DNA of 59,051 nucleotides, filler included. It is 3 parts of 3 records of this genome, joined end to end, with 100 filler letters (N's around TTAATTAATTAA, not from the genome) between each part and the next. Parts side by side here need not be neighbours in the genome. Positions count along the whole stretch, not along the records: positions 43,226 to 59,051 come from DRR723986_6738; 2 more parts are not named here. The stretch is one strand, 5' to 3'. Of this stretch, positions 51,248 to 59,051 are shown piece after piece (positions within the stretch are counted from its first letter, which is position 1; each line of letters opens with the position of its first letter). Under the pieces are notes generated by a model, which worked only from the letters and a program-made list of their open reading frames with translations, had not been told where the DNA came from and searched no databases. A program made the translations under genes and the position numbers.

Positions 51248-51967
51248 GAACCGATAGATCAGCCAGTCAGGTAAAATGGCCAAGGCCTTGATCGCCCAAG
51301 AGAAGGGACGCGGGAAATCGGTTCGGAACCGGCGCCGCTGCACGGCTCTGAGCACATGATCTGCAGCCTCCTCTGCCGTCATCAGCTGCGGCATTGCAAA
51401 ATTGTTTTTGTCTGTCAGTCGTGTCTCGATGAAGCCCGGATTGACAAGGCGCACCACAACACCGCTCTCTCTCAGGTCGTGGCGCATGGTTTCAGCCAAG
51501 CTGATCAGTGCCGCCTTGCTGGCTGCATATCCAACCGCCGCAGGCAATCCGTGATATCCCGCCAAGGAGCCGATAAAGGTGATATCGCCCTGACCTTTGG
51601 CAACAAACTGCGGCAGCACATGCCCCAGAACCCGCAAGGCGCCGGCATAGTTCACATCCATCATGGCCAGGGCCTCATCGCTTTTCCAGTCCTGGCTTCG
51701 CATCGGGACATAGGCGCCCGCGTTGTAGATCACCCCGTCGATCTGGCTCAGGCTCTCTGCAGCTTCCTTTACGGAACCAGCGTCAGTGACGTCCATGGGC
51801 AGCGGTGTTGCCGCCCCAAGCGCCCAAGTTAACTCTTGCAACCGGTCTTGTGATCTCGCGGATAGAATAACATGGGCACCAGCCCCCACCAGAGCCTTGG
51901 CAATCTCCCGCCCCAGCCCCTCGCTCGCGCCTATCAACCAATAGGTCTTGCCGCTCAGGCCGCTCAC
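51242..51967 (-). CDS. Short-chain dehydrogenase/reductase (RSP1087-like)
   Basis: GASEGLG, YNAG, YAASKAA, NPGFIET. Confidence 0.9.
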   Translation of the reverse strand: MSGLSGKTYWLIGASEGLGREIAKALVGAGAHVILSARSQDRLQELTWALGAATPLPMDVTDAGSVKEAAESLSQIDGVIYNAGAYVPMRSQDWKSDEALAMMDVNYAGALRVLGHVLPQFVAKGQGDITFIGSLAGYHGLPAAVGYAASKAALISLAETMRHDLRESGVVVRLVNPGFIETRLTDKNNFAMPQLMTAEEAADHVLRAVQRRRFRTDFPRPFSWAIKALAILPDWLIYRFK

Positions 51968-52731
51968 GATTTTATCCTGAAAGAGCTGCTGTCAGAAATC
52001 AGAGGCTTGGGCGGTTTGGGTTTGCGCAGGAAGGGCGCGCCTTTGGCCCAAAGTTTCACCGCCTGCCAATGGATCAGGGCCACAACCCGTACCGCCCCCA
52101 GGGGGCGGCGCAGAGCGACCCCTGCCAAGGCGGCGGTGGTGGCCGGGCGTCGCACCCCATTCAACGTCGCCAAAACGCCTTGATCGCCATGTTGATAGGA
52201 AATGCGGATATTAAAGGCCCGATCCGTCATCTCAAAGTTGAAGCGATAGGTGCCTTTTACCTGCTGGAACGGCGACACATGCATCAGTTTTTCGGCTTCA
52301 ATCTGATCAGTGCGTTTGATTGGGCGGAAATCAGGATGCGCACAGAAATAGCAATGGCGGTGACCAAATGTATTGTTCACCTCGGCAATGAAGGCGCGTG
52401 GTGATCCATCAATTTCCGCAATCCAAAAGCTCACGGGGTTGAAGTGAAACCAAAGAAAGCTCGGCTGGGTCAAAAGCATAAGTTTTGCCTGCTCAACCGG
52501 AAAATCACGCTTTTGCAGCTCTTCGCGAAACCACGCCAAGCCTTGGCCCTTTCCGCGTGGGCCGCCATGGTGTCTGTCGTGTAGCGAAAACAGGTTTAGG
52601 CGGTTGCGGGACAACAACGGAGCAGAGCCTCCGCTCAGATCTGTCAAAACGTAGTCGACACCGTAGCGAAAGGCGTTTTTTAAACTACCACGGCGGGCGT
52701 GATAGGTTTGAGCTGATACAAGTTCAATCAT
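51964..52731 (-). CDS. DUF1365 protein (UfaO/RSP1090-like, furan ring formation)
   Basis: HARR...NAFRY, FNPVSFW, AEVNNTF, K.MHVSPF, IHWQA.KLW.KG. Confidence 0.88.
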   Translation of the reverse strand: MIELVSAQTYHARRGSLKNAFRYGVDYVLTDLSGGSAPLLSRNRLNLFSLHDRHHGGPRGKGQGLAWFREELQKRDFPVEQAKLMLLTQPSFLWFHFNPVSFWIAEIDGSPRAFIAEVNNTFGHRHCYFCAHPDFRPIKRTDQIEAEKLMHVSPFQQVKGTYRFNFEMTDRAFNIRISYQHGDQGVLATLNGVRRPATTAALAGVALRRPLGAVRVVALIHWQAVKLWAKGAPFLRKPKPPKPLISDSSSFRIKS

Positions 52732-52739
52732 ACTCTATT

Positions 52740-52765
52740 TACGCAAAGACGCGGCGACTGGATCA
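52740..52765 (-). promoter_or_regulatory. Sigma-E promoter for the DUF1365-SDR operon
   Basis: Minus strand TGATCC-N16-CGTA, 8 nt before the ATG. Confidence 0.82.
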
Positions 52766-52793
52766 CTGCGAGGCCATTATTATTAAACAAAAG

Positions 52794-52819
52794 TGATCCG
52801 TAACCTCAGTTCACGCGTA
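52794..52819 (+). promoter_or_regulatory. Sigma-E promoter for the ufaD-like operon
   Basis: TGATCC-N16-CGTA. Confidence 0.82.
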
Positions 52820-52853
52820 ATGCCCTCATTACTTAGTATAAAATGAGGACAGC

Positions 52854-54203
52854 ATGCTGGATCAAACCCAAGGCCCGCGCCGCAATGTCGCGATAATCGG
52901 AGGCGGCATTTCCGGACTGTCCGCTGCCTATTATCTTGCTGCATCGCATGATGTGACTCTCTATGAGGCCGCGCCACGCTTGGGGGGACATGCCCGAACG
53001 GTTCTGGCTGGTAAGAATGGTGACCAGCCGGTTGATACGGGCTTTATCGTTTTCAACTACGCTACGTATCCCTATCTGACGCGCCTGTTCCATGAGCTGG
53101 ACGTTCCGGTCATCAAAAGCGAGATGAGCTTTTGCGCCAGCATCGACAATGGCAGGATCGAATATGGGCTAAACAGCCTGTCTGCGATCTCGGCTCAAAA
53201 GCAAAACCTGATCCGGCCGCAGTTTTACAAGATGATTGCTGATATCCTGCGGTTTGGTCGCGAAGCCGAGGCGGCTGCAACAGATGACACAAAAACCATA
53301 GGTGAACTGGTCGATGAACTGGGTCTTGGCCAGTGGTTTCGCGAGAATTACCTCCTGCCCATGTGTGGGGCGATCTGGTCCACGCCGGTCACGGATGTCG
53401 ATGCCTTCCCTGCAAAATCCCTGATCTCGTTTTTCCGAAATCACGCTTTGCTGGCAGGAACTGGACAACATCAATGGTGGACCGTCAAAGGCGGCAGCAT
53501 TGAATATGTTCGCCGCTTGGAAGCGGCTCTCAACGCGCGCGGCTGCGCAATTCACACCGGCGCGCCTATTGAACAGGTCACCCGAGATGCGCGCGGTATA
53601 TCACTGGTCGTTCAGGGCCAGGGTGAACAGTATTTTGATGAGGTAGTCTTTGCCTGCCATTCGGATCAGGCGTTAAGAATTCTTGGCCATAGTGCAACTG
53701 CGGCTGAAACCTCGGCGCTTGGCTCTATCCGTTACCAAACCAACTCTGCCGTCCTACATTGTGACGAAGGGCAAATGCCCAGACGCCGCTCTTGTTGGTC
53801 AAGCTGGGCCTATCGCAGCCAAGATGGGGGGCCGGGGGTGACCTATTGGATGAACCGACTGCAGAGCATTCCGGAAAGTGATCCGTTGTTTGTGACGCTG
53901 AACCCAACCCGCCCAATCCCCGACGACAAAATCTACGATCAGGTCGACTTTTCCCATCCGGTTTTTGACCAGGCCGCCCTGCAAGCGCAGCGTGACCTGC
54001 GGGCTATGCAGGGTCAGAACAACACATGGTTCGCAGGTGCTTACAACCGCCATGGCTTTCACGAAGACGGCATCGCCAGTGCGATGCGCATTGTCCGCAT
54101 GATGAATTCCCAGACCCTAGTGACCGCAAAAGGATCCCAGCATGACATTGACGAACAAAGCGATGAAAACGCAATTTCTGGCAACCTGCGCGCAACTGCG
54201 TGA
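52854..54203 (+). CDS. FAD-dependent oxidoreductase (UfaD/RSP1091-like fatty acid desaturase)
   Basis: GGGISGL, RLGGHA, VDTGFIVFN, VTYWMNRLQ, GFHEDG. Confidence 0.9.
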   Translation: MLDQTQGPRRNVAIIGGGISGLSAAYYLAASHDVTLYEAAPRLGGHARTVLAGKNGDQPVDTGFIVFNYATYPYLTRLFHELDVPVIKSEMSFCASIDNGRIEYGLNSLSAISAQKQNLIRPQFYKMIADILRFGREAEAAATDDTKTIGELVDELGLGQWFRENYLLPMCGAIWSTPVTDVDAFPAKSLISFFRNHALLAGTGQHQWWTVKGGSIEYVRRLEAALNARGCAIHTGAPIEQVTRDARGISLVVQGQGEQYFDEVVFACHSDQALRILGHSATAAETSALGSIRYQTNSAVLHCDEGQMPRRRSCWSSWAYRSQDGGPGVTYWMNRLQSIPESDPLFVTLNPTRPIPDDKIYDQVDFSHPVFDQAALQAQRDLRAMQGQNNTWFAGAYNRHGFHEDGIASAMRIVRMMNSQTLVTAKGSQHDIDEQSDENAISGNLRATA

Positions 54204-55299
54204 GGGGCGCCTGACCCTGCGAACGCCAGACGGCGCGCGCTATCAGTTTGGTGATCATGGCCCTGAGGCCGAGATGCATATTCGAGACTGGGCGGCGGTC
54301 TCTGCAATGGCAGCGCATGGTCAGGTCGGGCTGGGCGAGGCCTATGTTCAGGGGCTTTGGGACACGCCTTCGATCGAGGGATTGATGTCATTGGCCATGG
54401 TAAATCGCGAGCATCTGGGAAGCTATGATCAGGCCAGCCCCTATAATCGTGCAAAATTTCGCATTGTTGATCGGGTCTTACGGGCCAATTCCAAACGCGG
54501 ATCGCGCAAGAATATTCGTGCCCACTATGATGTGGGAAACGAGTTTTATCAGCTCTGGCTGGATGAGGGCATGACCTATTCCGCAGGCCTCTTTGGCGAC
54601 ACTGGCGATGATCTGGCCCAGGCACAGACCCGCAAGAACGAGCGCGTCTTGTCCCGTCTTAACCAAGGAGAGCGGATCTTGGAGATCGGCTGCGGCTGGG
54701 GCGGCTTTGCCGAACAGGCCAGCGCAGACGGGCGTGACGTGACAGGCGTTACCATTTCGCGCAACCAACACGCCTATGCGGACTGCCGTCTGGATGGGCG
54801 GGCGGATATTCAGTTGCGCGATTATCGAGATGTGCAGGGGCAATTCGACAACATTGTCTCTATCGAAATGATCGAAGCCGTTGGGGAGAAGTACTGGCCC
54901 AGCTATTTTGATACCTTAAAATGCAATCTTTCGGCGGGTGGCCGGGTCATGCTGCAGGCGATCACGGTTCCCGACAGTTTCTTTGAGACCTACCGCACCT
55001 CCTCCGATTACATCCGGCAATACGTCTTTCCGGGCGGTATGCTCTTGTCGGATCAAGTGATCGCTGATCAGGCCCGTGCGGCAGGCTTGCAAGTGAAAAA
55101 CACATTCGCCTTTGGTGAGGACTACGGCAAGACCTGCCGAATCTGGGCGCAGCGTTTGGTGGCAAATCACCGCAAGATCAAAGACCAGGGCTACGATGAA
55201 GGGTTTTTCCGCAACTGGCAGTATTATCTGGAGATATGTGCGGCCTCCTTTGCAATAGGACATACCGATGTCGTCCAGGTCGAGCTGGCCCATGCGTAG
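54142..55299 (+). CDS. cfa: Cyclopropane fatty acid synthase-family SAM methyltransferase (UfaM/CfaS-like)
   Basis: NIRAHYDVGN, MTYS, LEIGCGWG, SIEMIEAVG, FPGG. Confidence 0.9.
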   Translation: MTLTNKAMKTQFLATCAQLREGRLTLRTPDGARYQFGDHGPEAEMHIRDWAAVSAMAAHGQVGLGEAYVQGLWDTPSIEGLMSLAMVNREHLGSYDQASPYNRAKFRIVDRVLRANSKRGSRKNIRAHYDVGNEFYQLWLDEGMTYSAGLFGDTGDDLAQAQTRKNERVLSRLNQGERILEIGCGWGGFAEQASADGRDVTGVTISRNQHAYADCRLDGRADIQLRDYRDVQGQFDNIVSIEMIEAVGEKYWPSYFDTLKCNLSAGGRVMLQAITVPDSFFETYRTSSDYIRQYVFPGGMLLSDQVIADQARAAGLQVKNTFAFGEDYGKTCRIWAQRLVANHRKIKDQGYDEGFFRNWQYYLEICAASFAIGHTDVVQVELAHA

Positions 55300-55786
55300 C
55301 CTGCTGTTGTGGACCTGTCTTTGTCTGACTCCTCTTGATGCCGCTGCCTCGCAGGCCAGAAACCTGCCGCAAGGGGCAGAGCAACGTGGGGAAGCGACGT
55401 TCAGTTTCCTGGGCTTTCAGATCTACAAGGCGCGGTTGTTCACACAGGGTGGTCAACCGCTGGATTGGTCACAGGATTTTGGCCTTGAGCTGACCTATCA
55501 GCGCCGCTTGAGCCAATCTGATTTGGTGGACGCCACCCTGCAAGAGATGGCCCGCGTGGGAAATCCTCTTCCCATTCGGGATCAATTGCAGAAATGCTAC
55601 CAGCCTGTTGGGCCCGGAGACAGCTATCTGGCGGTCAGTGACGGGCCCGACCGGCTCACTTTTTGGCGCAATGGAGTGGCGGTCTGCACCCTGACCCAAG
55701 ATGAAATCAAAACCCGCTTTATGGAGATCTTTCTGGGCAACGACAGCCGATCTGCGCGGTTTACACGGGCGCTTTTAGGCCAATGA
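55292..55786 (+). CDS. Chalcone isomerase-like exported protein
   Basis: Signal peptide; GEATFSFLGFQIYKARL, LELTY.R, VGPGD, FMEIFLG. Confidence 0.75.
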   Translation: MRSLLLWTCLCLTPLDAAASQARNLPQGAEQRGEATFSFLGFQIYKARLFTQGGQPLDWSQDFGLELTYQRRLSQSDLVDATLQEMARVGNPLPIRDQLQKCYQPVGPGDSYLAVSDGPDRLTFWRNGVAVCTLTQDEIKTRFMEIFLGNDSRSARFTRALLGQ

Positions 55787-57012
55787 CGCAGTATCCAAGG
55801 GTCAGCCTGTATGCTCTGATGCTGGCTAGTGCAGGAATCCCTTTGTATATTCATCTGCCGCAGTTTGCGGCAACCGATCTGGGCCTGAGCCTTGGTTCCC
55901 TCGGAGGTATTTTACTGGCGATCCGAGCCTTTGATCTGGTGCAAGATCCCCTGATCGGCTGGGCGGTGGATCGCTGGCCGCAATACCAGTCCAGCTTTGG
56001 CTGGGCGGCGGCCCTTGGCCTTGCTGTGGGTTTCCCGCTCTTGTTTGGATTGCAGCAGGGACCCTATCTGTTGGCCAAAATGACCGTGATCCTGATGTTG
56101 CTGTTCTCGGCCTATAGTCTGGGAATGATACTGTTATATGGGCGCAGTGCTACGCTGAGCGCCTCTGCAACGCCGCGCGATTTGATGACGCTCGCCGCTT
56201 TTCGAGAAGGCGGCATGCTGATCGGTGTGATTTTGGCAGCCATTGCCCCAGCGCTGTTGGTCGGATTGGGGGCCGAACGGCAGGGGTATTCGGCATTTGG
56301 TCTTTTCTTAGGGGGGCTCGCCATCCTCGTCGCCGTCTTGACCGGGCCGATCTGGCGGCGTCAGGCTGTGGTGGGGAGACCTCTCAGGGTCTCCAACCTG
56401 TGGCACTCCGGGGCGTCGCATCTGCTGGTCCTAGCGGTTCTCAACAGTCTGCCCGTGGCGTTGACCTCCACCCTGTTTTTGTTTTTTGTTCAGGACTACC
56501 TGGCATTGCCGCGCTTGGCCGGTCCGCTCTTGGTGCTGTTCTTTTTGTCTGCGGGGCTCAGCGTGCCTGCCTGGACCCTGCTGAGCCGCAGGATCGGTGC
56601 AAAGCCCACGCTTTTGATTGCTATGCCTTTGGCGCTTGTCAGTTTTGTCGGCGCTGCCTTCCTGGAGCCGGGGGATGCGGTGGGTTTCACCCTGATTTGC
56701 ATGGCTTCGGGGGCGGCGCTTGGCGCGGATATGCTGCTGTTACCCGCCCTGTTCAGTATCGCCTTGACCAAAGCCGGCCTCAGCGCTGGTGCGGCCTTTG
56801 GGATCTGGTCCTTTGCAGGGAAACTTGCCTTGGCTCTAGCAGCAGCAACCGCTTTGCCCCTGCTGGAGGCGCGTGGTTTTGCACCCGGCAAAGACAATAC
56901 CGAGGCCGCGCTGGCCGCGCTCGTCACCGTCTATGCCATCCTTCCCTGTTTCCTGAAAACCGTGGCCTTTTGCTTTGCTCTGAGGCTGCCTACCGAAAGT
57001 CCCTCATCATGA
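55783..57012 (+). CDS. MFS/GPH-family transporter (RSP1089-like)
   Basis: Multiple TM helices; PLYIHLP, D.VQDPLIG, FG.WSF..KLALA. Confidence 0.88.
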   Translation: MTQYPRVSLYALMLASAGIPLYIHLPQFAATDLGLSLGSLGGILLAIRAFDLVQDPLIGWAVDRWPQYQSSFGWAAALGLAVGFPLLFGLQQGPYLLAKMTVILMLLFSAYSLGMILLYGRSATLSASATPRDLMTLAAFREGGMLIGVILAAIAPALLVGLGAERQGYSAFGLFLGGLAILVAVLTGPIWRRQAVVGRPLRVSNLWHSGASHLLVLAVLNSLPVALTSTLFLFFVQDYLALPRLAGPLLVLFFLSAGLSVPAWTLLSRRIGAKPTLLIAMPLALVSFVGAAFLEPGDAVGFTLICMASGAALGADMLLLPALFSIALTKAGLSAGAAFGIWSFAGKLALALAAATALPLLEARGFAPGKDNTEAALAALVTVYAILPCFLKTVAFCFALRLPTESPSS

Positions 57013-57554
57013 AGTTGCTCGTTGCCTGTCTCGTGATCCTTCTTATTGCTGTCTTTGCCAAAACCTATCTGTTCAGTTTCCGGTTCCAATCACCGCGCGA
57101 CTACGCAGAAACCGGACCGCAATTTGACCTCAAAACCCATCTGTCCGGGGAAATCCTGTCCGAAGGCCTTATCTTTGGGCCAAACGGAAAAATGACCAAT
57201 AGTTTCACCGCCAAAATGGTTGGCACCTGGGACGGAGATACTGGTACTTTGACCGAGGCATTCACCTATTCAAATGGCAAAACCCAAAACCGGAAATGGT
57301 ATTTGACCCTCGGCCCAGACAAGAGTTTCACCGCAACCGCTGACGACTTGGTAGGGGAGGCTCAGGGCGTTGTGTCTGGTGCAACTGTGCGCTTGAGCTA
57401 TGAGATTATTCTTCCCGAAGAGTCTGGGGGGCATACCCTGCAGGCCACAGATTGGATGTACCTGACAGCAGATGGAGCGATAATGAACAAATCAGAGATG
57501 CGCAAATATGGCCTCAAGGTCGCGGAGCTAATCGCAACAATGCGTCCTATGTGA
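57009..57554 (+). CDS. DUF3833-family protein (RSP1088-like)
   Basis: DY....PQFDL..HLSG, E.FTYS.G..Q.R.W, DWMYL; ATGA overlap with the MFS stop. Confidence 0.85.
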   Translation: MKLLVACLVILLIAVFAKTYLFSFRFQSPRDYAETGPQFDLKTHLSGEILSEGLIFGPNGKMTNSFTAKMVGTWDGDTGTLTEAFTYSNGKTQNRKWYLTLGPDKSFTATADDLVGEAQGVVSGATVRLSYEIILPEESGGHTLQATDWMYLTADGAIMNKSEMRKYGLKVAELIATMRPM

Positions 57555-58032
57555 AACGTCATCTAGGGTTTCGTCTGAATGGTACCCCCCCTACACTGGC
57601 TGTAGGGGGGACTAACTTTGGCGGTAAGCCCTGAAAGCGTCCGAGTTTACTTAGTTCATTGAAATTGTGTGGCTAATTGGGAGTAGAGCGCCAGTGGGAG
57701 CCAAGGGGTAATTGCAAGTTGGGGGGTGAAAAGGGTGATTTCGCTATCACTTAGCCCACATTTACTTGCAAAACTCGGACTCAAATGACGCATTTGCACA
57801 CGTTTGATAACATTCGAGAAATTAGCCGGTGACCCCGATGAGTTCGGACGGTTCCGCCAAATCTGGTGCGTTTGAACTCGGACGCTTGGTTCTAGTGAGG
57901 CAGCTTTGGGAAGATCTTCGGATGTGCGTTTTATACCGAGTGAAAGACAACGTACATAGGTTACAGAATCCAGATGAAACCCAGCATACATATCAAGCAG
58001 GTTCCGCGCATTATGACGGGAAGAAACTGCAA

Positions 58033-58812
58033 ATGATTCTTGATGTACAACAACCTTCATTCCAATCGTTACTATTAAAACTTCGGTTCAATGGGCAGGA
58101 GCTCGCAACTGGGACAGGATTTCTTGTTAACACTAAAGTTGGGCCAATGCTGATCACCAATCGGCATAACGTAACAGGAAGACACCAAGCCGATGACAAG
58201 CCAATGTCGCCAACTGGCGGGGTTCCAAACGAAGTGGAGATCATTCACAATCATGAGAATGGGATAGGAGTATGGATTAGCAAAGTCGAGGCGTTGTACT
58301 CTGATCCGGACAACGAAATCCCTTGCTGGTCCGAGCATCCTACCTTGGGGCCGCGAGCAGATTTTGTGTGTCTCCCCTTGACCGACGTCAGTGAGATAGC
58401 ACTTTATCCCTTTGATCTTGAGAACCCTGGACCGGACATACTGATTGCACCTGCTGATGTTGTCAGTGTTATCGGTTTCCCATTTGGTCTAACCGCTGGA
58501 GGCTGTTTCGCAATTTGGGCTACTGGATTTATCGCGTCGGAGCCGGACTTGAGCTATGAGGAACTGCCCATTCAGTTGATCGACTGTAGGTCCAGGCCAG
58601 GTCAGTCTGGCTCGCCCGTGCTAGCACAAAGAAATGGTGGAGCAATACGGATGAAGGATGGTGGTACATCGGTGTTCCAAGGCTCGCTTTCGAAACTTAT
58701 CGGAATATACAGTGGTCGTGTTAATGCTGAGTCCGACCTTGGTATTGTCTGGAAAACTAGCGCCATTCTGGAGCTAATTCGAAGTGTTGAGTCTCAAGTT
58801 TCCCAAACTTAG
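58033..58812 (+). CDS. Trypsin-like serine protease
   Basis: GTGF, ITNRHNV (His), RADF (Asp), PGQSGSPV (Ser); start codon inferred. Confidence 0.82.
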   Translation: MILDVQQPSFQSLLLKLRFNGQELATGTGFLVNTKVGPMLITNRHNVTGRHQADDKPMSPTGGVPNEVEIIHNHENGIGVWISKVEALYSDPDNEIPCWSEHPTLGPRADFVCLPLTDVSEIALYPFDLENPGPDILIAPADVVSVIGFPFGLTAGGCFAIWATGFIASEPDLSYEELPIQLIDCRSRPGQSGSPVLAQRNGGAIRMKDGGTSVFQGSLSKLIGIYSGRVNAESDLGIVWKTSAILELIRSVESQVSQT

Positions 58813-59010
58813 AGCTGTCTACATCTCTCATTTTAGCCTGCGGGGCGATTAGGTCGTGCAGAAGTAGGGTGTCGGTCGCGGGGGTGCCTCGGTGGCCGAT
58901 GCTGACGGGATTTTGTATAGCGTGGAGCGCTACAGTCGGCGCATTGCTACATCAAGCCGTTGGCGAGCCGCAGAGGTTAAACGTAAACTTGATTATCATC
59001 GAGGGGGAAG

Positions 59011-59051
59011 TGGTGGCGGTACAGGGACTTGAACCCCGGACACGCGGATTA
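59011..59051 (-). tRNA. 3' half of a tRNA, probably tRNA-Met (CAU), cut by the window end
   Basis: Minus strand TAATCCGCGTGTCCGGGGTTCAAGTCCCTGTACCGCCACCA: T-arm GTTCAA and CCA end; anticodon not fully visible. Confidence 0.85.

Overview
Three unrelated contig pieces joined by artificial N/TTAATTAATTAA linkers (24785-24884, 43126-43225). The gene content looks like Rhodobacteraceae/Roseobacter, and adjacency across the linkers means nothing. Piece 1 (1-24784, very GC-rich) has a membrane protein plus paired-GTPase locus, a Vi-antigen-like capsule operon (tviB-tviD-tviE-epimerase-vexB-vexC-vexD) divergent from an RTX protein, and a TPP-riboswitch-controlled thiamine synthesis/salvage operon. 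Piece 2 (24885-43125) has an aromatic-amine meta-cleavage operon in which an ABC permease is fused in frame to a 2-aminophenol 1,6-dioxygenase alpha-subunit-like domain. It also has a second HAAT-type ABC/acyl-CoA ligase operon and a partial LacI gene. Piece 3 (43226-59051) has a USP gene and a decayed P2-like tail module around an intact tailspike-like gene. It also has rpoE-chrR with a furan fatty acid (ufa) cluster and four sigma-E-type promoter motifs (one apparently driving an unannotated small RNA), a trypsin-like protease, and the 3' part of a tRNA. Family calls come from motif recognition and recall, not database searches.
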